Source of the DNA: Ignavibacteriota bacterium
Lineage (GTDB): Bacteria; Bacteroidota; Ignavibacteria; UBA10030; CAVZMI01
Length of the DNA stretch: 64,000 nucleotides
Direction of reading: 5' to 3'
NCBI GenBank assembly: GCA_963776275.1
Contig: CAVZMI010000023.1
Span: 352,001 to 416,000 of the forward strand
Positions within the stretch are counted from its first letter, which is position 1. Every line of letters begins with the position of its first letter. The notes under the pieces were generated by a model, which was given only the letters and a program-made list of their open reading frames with translations, ran no database searches and was not told the DNA's origin. Positions 8,917 through 18,554 of the stretch are shown here, piece after piece. The translations under genes were made by a program, and so were the position numbers.

Positions 8917-10896
8917 TTATCTCATTATTATCATTTTCTTTGTCATGACCGATTTCTCAACCTGCATTCTATAAAAATATACCCCGCTCGGCAATTGTGA
9001 TGCATCGAACTCGATGGTATGGCTACCCGCTACTTGATTCCCGTCGAGAATAAGCGCGACTTCCTGGCCGATTATGTTGAACACCTTCAGTAACACATGT
9101 GCATCATGAGGGAGATCATATCGGATATGCGTCGACGGATTGAATGGATTCGGATAATTCTGATACAATGCAATTGCTGTTGGAATCGCACTTCCGGATC
9201 CGCCACCGGGTTCAACCGCCGTGAGTTCTTCAAACGTGATATCAGGAACAACTGCACCTCCGCCGTTGATGTAATCAATCGCAGCCTGTGCGGTCCCTGT
9301 TGCAACGAACTCGGGTTTATCGGCTACCAGCGTGTAGTCAGCCGGTGGAAGTCCGCCAAGATCATAGGAACCATCGGCCCCCGTCACAGCATAATTTACC
9401 CTCACTCCGCTCGGCTGAAGTACTGCATAGACTATCGCTCCTTCAACAGGCTTTCCGTCTTTTGTGCGAACTCTTCCATGCACAAAACCGGCTCCCTGAT
9501 TTTGCTTTTTCACCACACCGACAATGAGACCGGTTTCCTGTCCGGCAAGCGAAATAGTATCTGCTTCTTTCCAATTCCAGACTCCGAAAGCATCTTTCTT
9601 GTAGAACGCGGGTAAATATTCTTTATAAGGAACCGCCATCAGAAGATATTTCCCATCATACAGATTTTCAAATTGGAAATTACCGTTCGAGTCTGTGCTT
9701 ACAGTCCGGCCCGGCCCAATATACGGTTTCCGTGCCGGAAATAGAATCAACCGTGAGACAACCCCCTGCCCGTTGCTGTCCTGTACAGAACCCGAAATCA
9801 GACTTGTCGCCTTCGGTACCGGGGTCAGCGAAAAATCAATTCCCGTAGTGTCGTTGGCAGGTGTAAATCGATCCGCTTCGAGTACATTGACTTTCCCATT
9901 ATAAAATTGAATCACATACCCCTTTGCGTATGCCGACGCAATATAAGTGAATCCGGCGAATACCTGTGCCGAATAGACCCCGTTGGAATCTGTAAGTCCG
10001 TTTCCACACGCGTCTTCGATCCTCCCCCATGTCGATTCCCCGAGATCGGGCATAGCCGGAGGTGCCGATTCTTCACCATTCTCGTCGAGATCATCGGGTT
10101 CGGGCTTAACCTTTGAGACAATCACCAATGCATGCTTGATCGGCTTTCCGCTGCTGTCGGTTACCGTACCGGATACCGTAATCTTTTGTGGTATTACTCT
10201 TTTTCTCATCTGGAAATTGATTGTCATCGTGGAATCGGGAATGATGTTAATTGGATCCGCTCCGATGATAGTAGGAGAGTTCTTCCACCAGACCGGTAAA
10301 TATTGATCCCAGGGCAATAGTGTCCAGGGAATTCGCCATGCCTTGACGGCCTGGGCATAATACACTCCGGTATCAATATTAGAGATAGAATACATACCGA
10401 GGCTGTCGGTTACACCACTATAGCCGAAGATAGGCATTCCAATGAAGCTTAAGATGATATACTTGCTGGATGGAAAGAGCTGGACATTTACATGTGGAAT
10501 CGGAAGTAGCGTTACGGCATCGACGACCTGCCCTGAAATTGTTCCGACGGCGTCGAGCACGCGAATTGCAAACGATTGATTCCCGGACCCTCCGCTATCT
10601 CCACGAGCATGAATCATGACAGAAAAATACCCCTTGTGCACCGGAGTCCATTGAATAAGTCCCGACACACTGTCGATCGTCATTCCAGTCGGTGGGTAGT
10701 GAAGTTTGTATGTTATAGTTTCGGCCGAATCGGAGCTCTTTGCCTCTGCGTCATAACTGTACAAAACCCCAACATGTGCAATTGTTATCGGCTTGGAGAT
10801 AAAAACTATTTTTGGATGCGGTTTAGCGAAAAGAGCCACAACGCTCAACAGATCAATTACCAGAAAAAGCACAACATAGTAACGGATTGATTTCAT
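8917..10896 (-). CDS. T9SS-secreted Ig/carboxypeptidase-regulatory-like repeat surface protein
   Basis: Signal peptide; putative Ig domain (P.GMTID..SGLI.WTP); four ISG.V.D...TDS.G.Y repeats; LYQNYPNPFNP...GVYFY...KKMIIMR CTD. Confidence 0.85.
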   Translation of the reverse strand: MKSIRYYVVLFLVIDLLSVVALFAKPHPKIVFISKPITIAHVGVLYSYDAEAKSSDSAETITYKLHYPPTGMTIDSVSGLIQWTPVHKGYFSVMIHARGDSGGSGNQSFAIRVLDAVGTISGQVVDAVTLLPIPHVNVQLFPSSKYIILSFIGMPIFGYSGVTDSLGMYSISNIDTGVYYAQAVKAWRIPWTLLPWDQYLPVWWKNSPTIIGADPINIIPDSTMTINFQMRKRVIPQKITVSGTVTDSSGKPIKHALVIVSKVKPEPDDLDENGEESAPPAMPDLGESTWGRIEDACGNGLTDSNGVYSAQVFAGFTYIASAYAKGYVIQFYNGKVNVLEADRFTPANDTTGIDFSLTPVPKATSLISGSVQDSNGQGVVSRLILFPARKPYIGPGRTVSTDSNGNFQFENLYDGKYLLMAVPYKEYLPAFYKKDAFGVWNWKEADTISLAGQETGLIVGVVKKQNQGAGFVHGRVRTKDGKPVEGAIVYAVLQPSGVRVNYAVTGADGSYDLGGLPPADYTLVADKPEFVATGTAQAAIDYINGGGAVVPDITFEELTAVEPGGGSGSAIPTAIALYQNYPNPFNPSTHIRYDLPHDAHVLLKVFNIIGQEVALILDGNQVAGSHTIEFDASQLPSGVYFYRMQVEKSVMTKKMIIMR

Positions 10897-11073
10897 AGTA
10901 TCGCCCCCTTCTGACGTATATTAAAAGATATCGGATTATCAAATTTGACACTTTAAGATAGAAATTAGTTTATTTCAAAGCAGTGACGTGCATCAGAATA
11001 CTTCCTCCCACTATAAAATTATCAAATTTCAAAGCTTTTATCCAATTTTTTTAGAATGGCAATACCCTCAATT

Positions 11074-12996
11074 TTATAGCGATTCTTTCTTCGCCGGAAA
11101 TCCTTCCTTTTCAATCTGCATTCTCTTCAGCAATAATTCCTGATGCCGCGTTACAAACGCTGAAACCCCCTCACCGTGCTGTACAGCTTCTTTCATTTTC
11201 CGCTGGTTTTCTTCGATCATCATGTCATATTTTCTTTTCATCATTGCAACGAGTGCTGACTGTGCCACCTGCCAGATATCCGCTTCATCAATCGGTTTTT
11301 GCTCAGTCCATCCCGGACTTATTTCGTATTTACTGATAACGACATCGGTGATAAGGTTTTTCAACGGTACGTCCAGCTCGCTTTCAAGCAGCATATGCGG
11401 ATCGATAATCTCTCCAGCACGGTATTTATCAAGGAGCAGTTGTGCAACCGCTCGAGTGTGAGGATGTTCAAACTCATCGACCGAGACATGAGAGAGGATA
11501 AACTCGATCATTGTTCTCGGTTCTTCGAGCATGAGTTTGACCAGATCGCGTTCCGCAACCGATATTTCACGTTCCTTCCGGGGTGTGACATCCGAAATCG
11601 GAACGTCGACCACCGGAACCCGAAGTCCTTCAGTCGGATCCTGATCCCGGGACTGAATCGAGCTTCTGGTTTCATTCACTGAACGACTTCTGCCTGACTG
11701 CAGATGCTTCTCGAGTTCACGGTAGAGAACCGATTCGTACAACCCGTAACGCTCCGCCACATCTTTGATAAAAAAATTTCGCCTAAGCTCATCAGGAATT
11801 TTTGCAATTGTCTGGACGATCGATCGGGTTGCCTCGGCCTGCCCCTCGGGAGTCGCCAGTTTTCCCCGCCGATCGAATGTCCGAGCTTTAAATTCGATAA
11901 AAGAGATTGAATTTTTTATTAATTGCCGGAATATCTCCGCACCATTTTTTCTGACGAATGTATCAGGGTCATCGCCTTCAGGTAATTCCGCAACACGGAC
12001 ATCAAGTCCGTTTTCAATCACCAGATCGACACCGCGCATCATTGCCTGTGCACCGGCAGAATCGGCGTCATAGACCAGCGTTATATTGCGTGTGTACCTG
12101 CCGATTAATTGGATTTGTTCGGGAGTCAGGGCGGTTCCGCTCGACGCGACTACATTTAAAATTCCCGCCTGAAATACCGAGATGAGGTCGGCATATCCCT
12201 CGACGAGAATTGCATTTTCCTCGCGGCGTACAGCCTCACGGGCATTATAGAGACCGTACAGCACCCGGCTTTTATTATAGATAGGCGTTTCGGGAGAATT
12301 CACATACTTGGAAAGTTTATCATCGTCGTACAGTTTCCGGGCCCCGAACGCAATAACGCGTCCTGTTGGGGAAAAAATAGGAAACATCGCACGTCCCCGA
12401 AAGTAATCATAACAGCTTAGATCCTCACGCCGCCTTATGAGTCCGACTTTTTCGAGTTGATTATCCGCGAATCCCTGCTGCTGCATATACTCGATGAGTC
12501 CGTTCCACGATTGAAGCGAATACCCGAGGCCAAACTTGCGAATTGTCTCATCGGTGAATCCGCGCTGGTGGAAGTAGTTCAACGCAAACTCGCCTTCCGG
12601 TGTCGTTGTGAGATTATGAAAAAAGAACAGTCCAGCAAGACGCATTATATTAAAGAGCTGTTCATTTTCGCTCGCGGTCTGCTCTGCCTGTTCACTTTGA
12701 TATGTGGGGAGTGAAATACCCGCCCGCTCGGCGAGGACTCTGACAACCTCTACGAACGACACTTTTTCATGCTGCATCATAAATGTGAACACATTCCCGC
12801 CGACTCCGCATCCGAAGCAATGATACATCTGGCGATCGGGACTGACATTGAAGGAAGGCGTTTTTTCCTGATGGAATGGGCAGAGTCCGACGTAGTTCTT
12901 TCCTCTTTTTTTCAAAGAGATTACGGAACCGATCAGCTCGACGATATCGGTTGCATTGCGTATCTCGTCGATTTTGTCTTCAGGGATTTTCATCAC
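11074..12996 (-). CDS. dnaG: DNA primase
   Basis: CPFH.EKTPSF...CFGC zinc finger, FRGR.MFPI, KY.NSPET, VEGYAD, YDADSAG, DPD. Confidence 0.98.
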   Translation of the reverse strand: MMKIPEDKIDEIRNATDIVELIGSVISLKKRGKNYVGLCPFHQEKTPSFNVSPDRQMYHCFGCGVGGNVFTFMMQHEKVSFVEVVRVLAERAGISLPTYQSEQAEQTASENEQLFNIMRLAGLFFFHNLTTTPEGEFALNYFHQRGFTDETIRKFGLGYSLQSWNGLIEYMQQQGFADNQLEKVGLIRRREDLSCYDYFRGRAMFPIFSPTGRVIAFGARKLYDDDKLSKYVNSPETPIYNKSRVLYGLYNAREAVRREENAILVEGYADLISVFQAGILNVVASSGTALTPEQIQLIGRYTRNITLVYDADSAGAQAMMRGVDLVIENGLDVRVAELPEGDDPDTFVRKNGAEIFRQLIKNSISFIEFKARTFDRRGKLATPEGQAEATRSIVQTIAKIPDELRRNFFIKDVAERYGLYESVLYRELEKHLQSGRSRSVNETRSSIQSRDQDPTEGLRVPVVDVPISDVTPRKEREISVAERDLVKLMLEEPRTMIEFILSHVSVDEFEHPHTRAVAQLLLDKYRAGEIIDPHMLLESELDVPLKNLITDVVISKYEISPGWTEQKPIDEADIWQVAQSALVAMMKRKYDMMIEENQRKMKEAVQHGEGVSAFVTRHQELLLKRMQIEKEGFPAKKESL

Positions 12997-13004
12997 TTAG
13001 CTAT

Positions 13005-13033
13005 ATAGTAAGAAAAACGGAAAGAAGAATCAA
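13005..13033 (-). promoter_or_regulatory. Sigma70-type promoter for dnaG (near-leaderless mRNA)
   Basis: TTGATT-N17-TACTAT; the -10 box ends 8 nt before GTG 12996. Confidence 0.5.
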
Positions 13034-13199
13034 CGAACCTTAATATGAATATTGAGCCATAAAAAAATGATAAATGTGTCCAACAGACATTCCGGTATTG
13101 AAAGCCAAGAGATGGATAACCGAAATATCCAAATGGAATTTAATAATTACGAGATATTAGTCGACAAGAATGGGAAAGAAACAGATGCTTATCATAGAT

Positions 13200-13502
13200 C
13201 TATGGATTTGTAACATGCAGGACTTTCCGATAGGCATAAACATATTTAGTGTTAATATCACCTCCGCCGATTCCACCGTCGAATCCAGCATTTAATAATG
13301 CTTGTTCAACATTACGTGCAGAAGGATATGATAAGGCTTCTCTATAAATCCACCATCCGTCTTTCTCCTGCACATTGTGTTCTTCAAATAGGCGTCGGTT
13401 TGGATCTGATGTAATACCGACATACCAATTCCCAAAGCCGCTTCCGTCTCGATTTGCGCGGGCTAATATATCATTGTATATCTCTTTTGCCGTACTTGCC
13501 AT
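13200..13502 (-). CDS. Small hypothetical protein with a GIY-YIG-like motif
   Basis: WYVGITSDPNRRL..H ...A..VEQ.L resembles the Y(I/V)G.T.D..RR...H...E core; AT-rich surroundings. Confidence 0.6.
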   Translation of the reverse strand: MASTAKEIYNDILARANRDGSGFGNWYVGITSDPNRRLFEEHNVQEKDGWWIYREALSYPSARNVEQALLNAGFDGGIGGGDINTKYVYAYRKVLHVTNP

Positions 13503-13879
13503 AATGGATATCTTTTGATTGTGATAACTTCATTAAATATACGAATGAATAAGCGATTAAAACAAGAAAATAAATAGGATTCATGAAAAACAACGGTAAT
13601 AAATTATCGTCCGTAATCAGTGTAACAGGGCAGCCTGATAGAATGATTGAATCCCGGAAGCGTTCCTTTCGATTTCCTGTCTTGAATTCCTCAAGAGCCC
13701 GAGGTTCATAAGTTTTCGGCATATACTTATCTTCCCGGGAAATTTGCGTTCGGAATATGTGCCTTTCGAAAGCCGGGTGACCAAGTTAGAACACTGTTTC
13801 TACAGCCATACCGAGGCCACCATGTAAATTTCGAATTACGAATTTTAAATGTGCTCCGTAATATTGGTTATCATTCTTA

Positions 13880-13908
13880 TTGACATTCTTAGCTTCTCTC
13901 CGTAAGTT
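13880..13908 (+). promoter_or_regulatory. Sigma70-type promoter
   Basis: TTGACA-N17-TAAGTT, 32 nt upstream of ATG 13941. Confidence 0.65.
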
Positions 13909-13940
13909 ACTATCATATTCTTTAACAGGAAAGTAATCAC

Positions 13941-14642
13941 ATGAACTCTTACCACAAAATAGCAATTTGGATTGTAACGGTGTTGGTTATTTCCTCGCTA
14001 CCGGCATGGTCTCAATTTGAAGGGACGTTCACAACAACGACGACCGGAACAAGAGAAGGGAATACTCCATTTTCAATAACACAGGAAGTATCCATCAAGG
14101 GGAAAAAAATTCGGAGTGCTATGACGGCCCCGGGCGAACAGATGGGTTCTTTGATTATTATTTTTCGGGGCGACAAAGGCCGTGTCATTACAATCCTCGA
14201 TCAGGAAAAAGTGTACATGGAATTATCGATAAAAACGATTGAAGAAATGATGAAGAATTTCCCTCACGACACAAACATGGTGACAGTTACAAGGACTGGT
14301 AAAAAGCAAAAGTTCCTCGGTTACAACTGCGAGCAGATAATCCTGCAGGAAGGCGAAGCCACGATTGATATCTGGGGAACCTCAGAATTGACGTTTCTCC
14401 GTAAAGCAATGCAAACGATGAGCGAGGTACAAAAACAGAAGGTTCCTCAATGGTCAAAGGAATTGGATAAACTGCAGCTCTTTCCTATGAAAACGATTAT
14501 TAATGCACAGGGGACAAATGCTGAAATGACGGTAACATCCATCCAGAGAAAATCGCTGCCTGAGTCCATATTCAACGTTCCTGCAGGCTACAAAAAGCAA
14601 GATCTGCCGGCCGGTCAAACCGGTGGTCAAAAAAAACGCTAA
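13941..14642 (+). CDS. DUF4412-family exported protein
   Basis: Signal peptide followed by QFEG; TG....LGYNCE; W motif; F.VPAGYK C-terminus. Confidence 0.8.
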   Translation: MNSYHKIAIWIVTVLVISSLPAWSQFEGTFTTTTTGTREGNTPFSITQEVSIKGKKIRSAMTAPGEQMGSLIIIFRGDKGRVITILDQEKVYMELSIKTIEEMMKNFPHDTNMVTVTRTGKKQKFLGYNCEQIILQEGEATIDIWGTSELTFLRKAMQTMSEVQKQKVPQWSKELDKLQLFPMKTIINAQGTNAEMTVTSIQRKSLPESIFNVPAGYKKQDLPAGQTGGQKKR

Positions 14643-14650
14643 GGATTCTC

Positions 14651-15460
14651 ATGAAGCACCGGTATTCATCTTATGAAATAACTGCAGCAGAGCTAAAGCG
14701 GTATCGTTCCCTCCTACAGAAAAAATATCGTGAAAAAGAACAGATGTACATTGTCGAAGGAGTTCGCCTCTGTGAAGAGCTCTTTCAATCTCCAATCAAG
14801 ATCGCATCGGTTCTGTGTACACCGGACTTCGGCACAAGCGAACAGCGCCAGCAGCAGCTCCTCCATCTCATGAAAGAACGCAAAATCCCCCATCACAGGA
14901 TTTCACAGAAACAATTCGGTTCGATCTCGGCGACGGAACAATCTCAGGGAATCGTAGCGATTTGTGCGCAGCATCATGAGCCATCCGAGATACTGGTGCA
15001 TCGACTGACCGGATCGCCTGTTGTTTTGCTCGATCAAATCACCGATCCGGGAAATCTCGGAACAATCATCAGGACATGTGCATGGTTCGGAGCGGCTGCG
15101 ATCTTCATCGGCCGCCAGAGTGTCGATCTTTATAATCCGAAAGCGGTGAGGGCAACCATGGGGGGGATGTTTAAGATTCCAATTGCCGTTGAGGTTGACC
15201 TCGCAGCAGCAATTCAAGCGTTGAAAAAACGAGGATATATCATTTACACATCTCTTCCCGCAAGCGCCGAACCGATCGAGCAGGTCCGATTCGCCGCGAA
15301 TGCCGCATTACTTTTCGGGAACGAAGCGGAAGGGGTTCACCCCGCACTCATCTCAATGGCCGATCATCGCATCACAATTCCCGGCGGGAATGTTGAATCG
15401 CTTTCAGTGAGTGTAGCGGTGGGAATTATCATGTCATACGTAGCACGACGATCGTTATAA
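14651..15460 (+). CDS. TrmH/SpoU-family RNA methyltransferase
   Basis: VEG.RL..E, LDQITDPGNLGTIIRT, FGNEAEG, ESLSVSVA. Confidence 0.93.
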   Translation: MKHRYSSYEITAAELKRYRSLLQKKYREKEQMYIVEGVRLCEELFQSPIKIASVLCTPDFGTSEQRQQQLLHLMKERKIPHHRISQKQFGSISATEQSQGIVAICAQHHEPSEILVHRLTGSPVVLLDQITDPGNLGTIIRTCAWFGAAAIFIGRQSVDLYNPKAVRATMGGMFKIPIAVEVDLAAAIQALKKRGYIIYTSLPASAEPIEQVRFAANAALLFGNEAEGVHPALISMADHRITIPGGNVESLSVSVAVGIIMSYVARRSL

Positions 15461-15476
15461 TAAACAACCTCTTTAT

Positions 15477-15781
15477 GGGGCTGTCTAAAAAGAAAAAATT
15501 TCTGCCATTTGTTCGGATATTAGCAACAAAGGTTACCTCAATACATCTCAATCCGCTGCGCATATTGAGACACTCAGTAACCTGGCTATATAATACATAT
15601 TAAAAATTTTTTCTATCCGAAATTTTGTTGCTGTAAAAATTACTTTCTGTCAGGCTATTGAAAAAGAGGAAATCGACATTCTTACGAAAGTCAGAATCTG
15701 GTAAATTAATAATAAAAGGAACGTTTTCCCTGAACGTAGTAGCACTGAAAACAGTTTTTCAACAGCCTGATAGATAGCCCC
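15477..15781. mobile_element. Degenerate non-autonomous element (outer MITE-like scar)
   Basis: Terminal IR ggggctgtcta (15477-15487)/tagatagcccc (15771-15781), 10/11 match; no transposase inside. Confidence 0.45.
15650..15770. mobile_element. 121-bp MITE with IS-type terminal inverted repeats
   Basis: tcaggctattgaaaaa (15650-15665)/tttttcaacagcctga (15755-15770), 15/16 match. Confidence 0.65.
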
Positions 15782-15883
15782 ACACACGCTTACACTCCCC
15801 GATTCAGTCGAAGTTGGTGATAGAAAATGATTACGTATGTGTTTGCAGAGTGGCAAAGCTAACCTACATAACTGCTTCACACT

Positions 15884-15919
15884 AAAAAGCCCCACATTGA
15901 CTAAGAGATGTGGGGCTTT
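15884..15919 (-). terminator. Intrinsic terminator
   Basis: aaagccccacat (15886-15897)/atgtggggcttt (15908-15919) with U-tract, just downstream of stop 15944. Confidence 0.85.
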
Positions 15920-15943
15920 CACTTTATCTCATTTTCTGTAGAC

Positions 15944-18325
15944 TTATTTTAACAGCATCATTTTCTTTGTCGATATAAAGTCATTCACATTCAAATGATA
16001 GATATACAACCCGCTTGAGAGATTGGCTGCATTAAACTCCACATTATATTTCCCGGGTTTTTGGTTCTGATTAACAAGAGTAGCGACCTCTCTCCCCATG
16101 ACATCGCAAATCCTTATTTTTACAAATCCTTCATGTGGTATCTGATATCCTATTGATGTCGTTGAATTAAACGGGTTTGGATAATTTTGGTTTAAACTGA
16201 ATTGCTTTTGTATAATGTCATCCGACTTTTCAACTGAAGTTGCAGTTTTGGTAGTAGCACTATCTTCTCTGCACAAAGCGGTACATCCGGTAGAATTAAC
16301 AGCCCTAACACGATACCAATATGTTCTGAGTGGATTAACGTTATTATCATTGTAGGTAGAAGTGTCAGGACTAACAGTAGTAATCTTTTTATAATTACCA
16401 CTATAATCATCGCTTCTAAAAATTTCAAAACCTGTTTCATTAGCAGAGTTATCCATCCAAGTTAGATTAACTTTACTTCCAGAAGCAGATGCAATTAAAT
16501 CACTTGGTGCTGAAGGTATGGTGAGGTTATCCAGGTAATTTATTATGGAAGCCTGTTCACCAACTGCCCAGCCGGTGTTTTTATCCAGGAAATAAGTTCC
16601 ATACAAACATTGTGAATTTGGATTTGTTATTTTTTGCCACAAATCTCCACCATCGGTTGTGTAGAGTGTAATACTTCCATAATCCGAATATGTTACACCA
16701 CCGACAGCCCAAAGAGTTTGGGCATCAATAATATGAAAATCAAGCAAGGTATAATTCTGTCCAAAATTTAAAATATCCCAACTAACTCCTCCGTCAGTTG
16801 TTTTTAAGATTGTACCTTCCCCTCCAACAATCCATCCAGTCATATTATTAAGGAACTTTATTTTATTTAAATCTACTGTCGTAGGCGTGTTTACTTTATT
16901 CCAATTGTTTCCGCCGTTGGTAGTTTTAAAAAGCCATCCAGAGGGACCAACAACATATCCGTTATTCGCATCTACAAAATAAACTCCTTTTAAATAGTAA
17001 CTACCGTATACATCTGTGAGAGTCTGTTCTACCCAAGAATTTCCACCATTTTCCGTTTTCCGGATTTTATCCCCAACAACCCAGCCTATTTGAGAATTAA
17101 GGAAAAATGAACTGTTAATATATTCATAGCTGGTAGTATATTTTAATTTCCATGAGTTTCCGCTATTTGTTGTTTTAAGTACAATATTATATCCTGTAAT
17201 CCAGCCGGTATTTACATCTGTAAAATAGACTGAAGTCAAATTATTATTGGTAGGACTTATCTGCGGGGCCCAGGTGTTTCCACCATTCTCGGTTTTTAAT
17301 ATTTTGCCGCTATCACCGACTGCAAATCCAACTAAAGGATCATTAAAGAAAATGCTGGATATTCTTCTATCTTGTGCAAGGTTTTGATAAGCTGGTAGCC
17401 AGCTGTCGCCAAGATTTGTAGTCTTAAAGATTTTTCCACCGGCACCTACAGCAAAACCTGCATTTGGAGTAAAGAAAACATCCATCATATTTTTAATAGA
17501 AGTTAATGTCCAAGAATTTCCACCATTTTGAGTACGATAAATACCATAATAGTTTGCTATCCATCCATTATTTTCATCTTTAAAAAACATTCCATAACCA
17601 GAACTGGTTACACCGCCAACTTCAACCCAAGTTGTTCCTCCGTTGGTGGTTTTCGCTACCTTTCCTCCGTCTCCAACAATCCATCCGGTTGTACTATCAA
17701 TGAATACAATTTCACTCCAGGAGTAATTATTGGGTACATCAAATAAATAAGTAAATGTCTGACCACCATTTGTTGTTCTACGTACCCCCCCAAATCCTAC
17801 CCAAAATCCTGTTGTTTGGTTAAGAAAATAAACGCCATAAATTTCGAAGGGTGCACCTTGATAATAACTCGTCCAGTTAGAACCTCCATCTGTTGTTGCG
17901 AGAATATAATTCCCGGCTCCAAGCCAACCATAATTTTCATTAATAAAATGAAGCGAGCTTATCCAATAATTATAACTGCTGGTCAATCGGGTCCAGGTTT
18001 CACCGCCATTCGTTGTTTTAAGAATTCTGCCGCTGTCACCAACTACAAATCCAACGTCAGCATTTAAAAATTGTACTGCGCTAAGTTCGGCAGTGGTATT
18101 ACTCAATTGACTGAGCCACGTTTGACCTCCATCGGTAGTTTTTAGAATGTAACCCATTTCCCCAACAGCCCACCCAACATCATCATTAATAAAGTGAATT
18201 CCATTTAAAATGTTTCCTTGAGGTTTTGGATTAATCCAAGACCAAGTTCCTTGTGCTTGAAGAATAATAGCATGAGTGAGGATGAATATTGCTATTAATA
18301 ATCTTCGTAAATTATTGATACACAT
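15944..18325 (-). CDS. YCF48/BNR-repeat double beta-propeller + FN3 + T9SS type-A CTD protein
   Basis: 13 (K/R/Y/A)T.(D/N)GG..W-type Asp-box repeats; P.APS.L...W.DNS.NE.GF FN3; QNYPNPFN...KKMMLLK; ATG 18325 with AAGGAGG SD; visibly AT-richer than its neighbours. Confidence 0.9.
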   Translation of the reverse strand: MCINNLRRLLIAIFILTHAIILQAQGTWSWINPKPQGNILNGIHFINDDVGWAVGEMGYILKTTDGGQTWLSQLSNTTAELSAVQFLNADVGFVVGDSGRILKTTNGGETWTRLTSSYNYWISSLHFINENYGWLGAGNYILATTDGGSNWTSYYQGAPFEIYGVYFLNQTTGFWVGFGGVRRTTNGGQTFTYLFDVPNNYSWSEIVFIDSTTGWIVGDGGKVAKTTNGGTTWVEVGGVTSSGYGMFFKDENNGWIANYYGIYRTQNGGNSWTLTSIKNMMDVFFTPNAGFAVGAGGKIFKTTNLGDSWLPAYQNLAQDRRISSIFFNDPLVGFAVGDSGKILKTENGGNTWAPQISPTNNNLTSVYFTDVNTGWITGYNIVLKTTNSGNSWKLKYTTSYEYINSSFFLNSQIGWVVGDKIRKTENGGNSWVEQTLTDVYGSYYLKGVYFVDANNGYVVGPSGWLFKTTNGGNNWNKVNTPTTVDLNKIKFLNNMTGWIVGGEGTILKTTDGGVSWDILNFGQNYTLLDFHIIDAQTLWAVGGVTYSDYGSITLYTTDGGDLWQKITNPNSQCLYGTYFLDKNTGWAVGEQASIINYLDNLTIPSAPSDLIASASGSKVNLTWMDNSANETGFEIFRSDDYSGNYKKITTVSPDTSTYNDNNVNPLRTYWYRVRAVNSTGCTALCREDSATTKTATSVEKSDDIIQKQFSLNQNYPNPFNSTTSIGYQIPHEGFVKIRICDVMGREVATLVNQNQKPGKYNVEFNAANLSSGLYIYHLNVNDFISTKKMMLLK

Positions 18326-18554
18326 GTTTACCTCCTTATGCAAATGCGTTTTCCGTAAACTTGTCGTTTGTTATTCTGGAATGATCTATTACTTGACTCA
18401 TTGGTGGTTTTAAAAATCAACAGCTGCATTTTTTGTGTATCGTTTCGGATCCTATAATACCAAAATCGGGTTGAATAAAAAGAGTAAGTTTTTTGTATAT
18501 CACTTTGCAGAAAGGTATAAAAATATGCGTACAGAGTCAACCTACGGTAACATC

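Noticed and set aside
13471-13722. 83-aa ORF upstream of the GIY-YIG-like gene
   Set aside because: No SD or recognisable domain, and it overlaps the better-supported gene
15650-15922. 90-aa ORF
   Set aside because: It spans a terminator and the MITE, has no SD and no recognisable motif
15944-18325. CRISPR array or DNA tandem repeat
   Set aside because: The periodicity comes from degenerate protein-level Asp-box repeats; no identical repeat-spacer units and no cas genes were seen in the window
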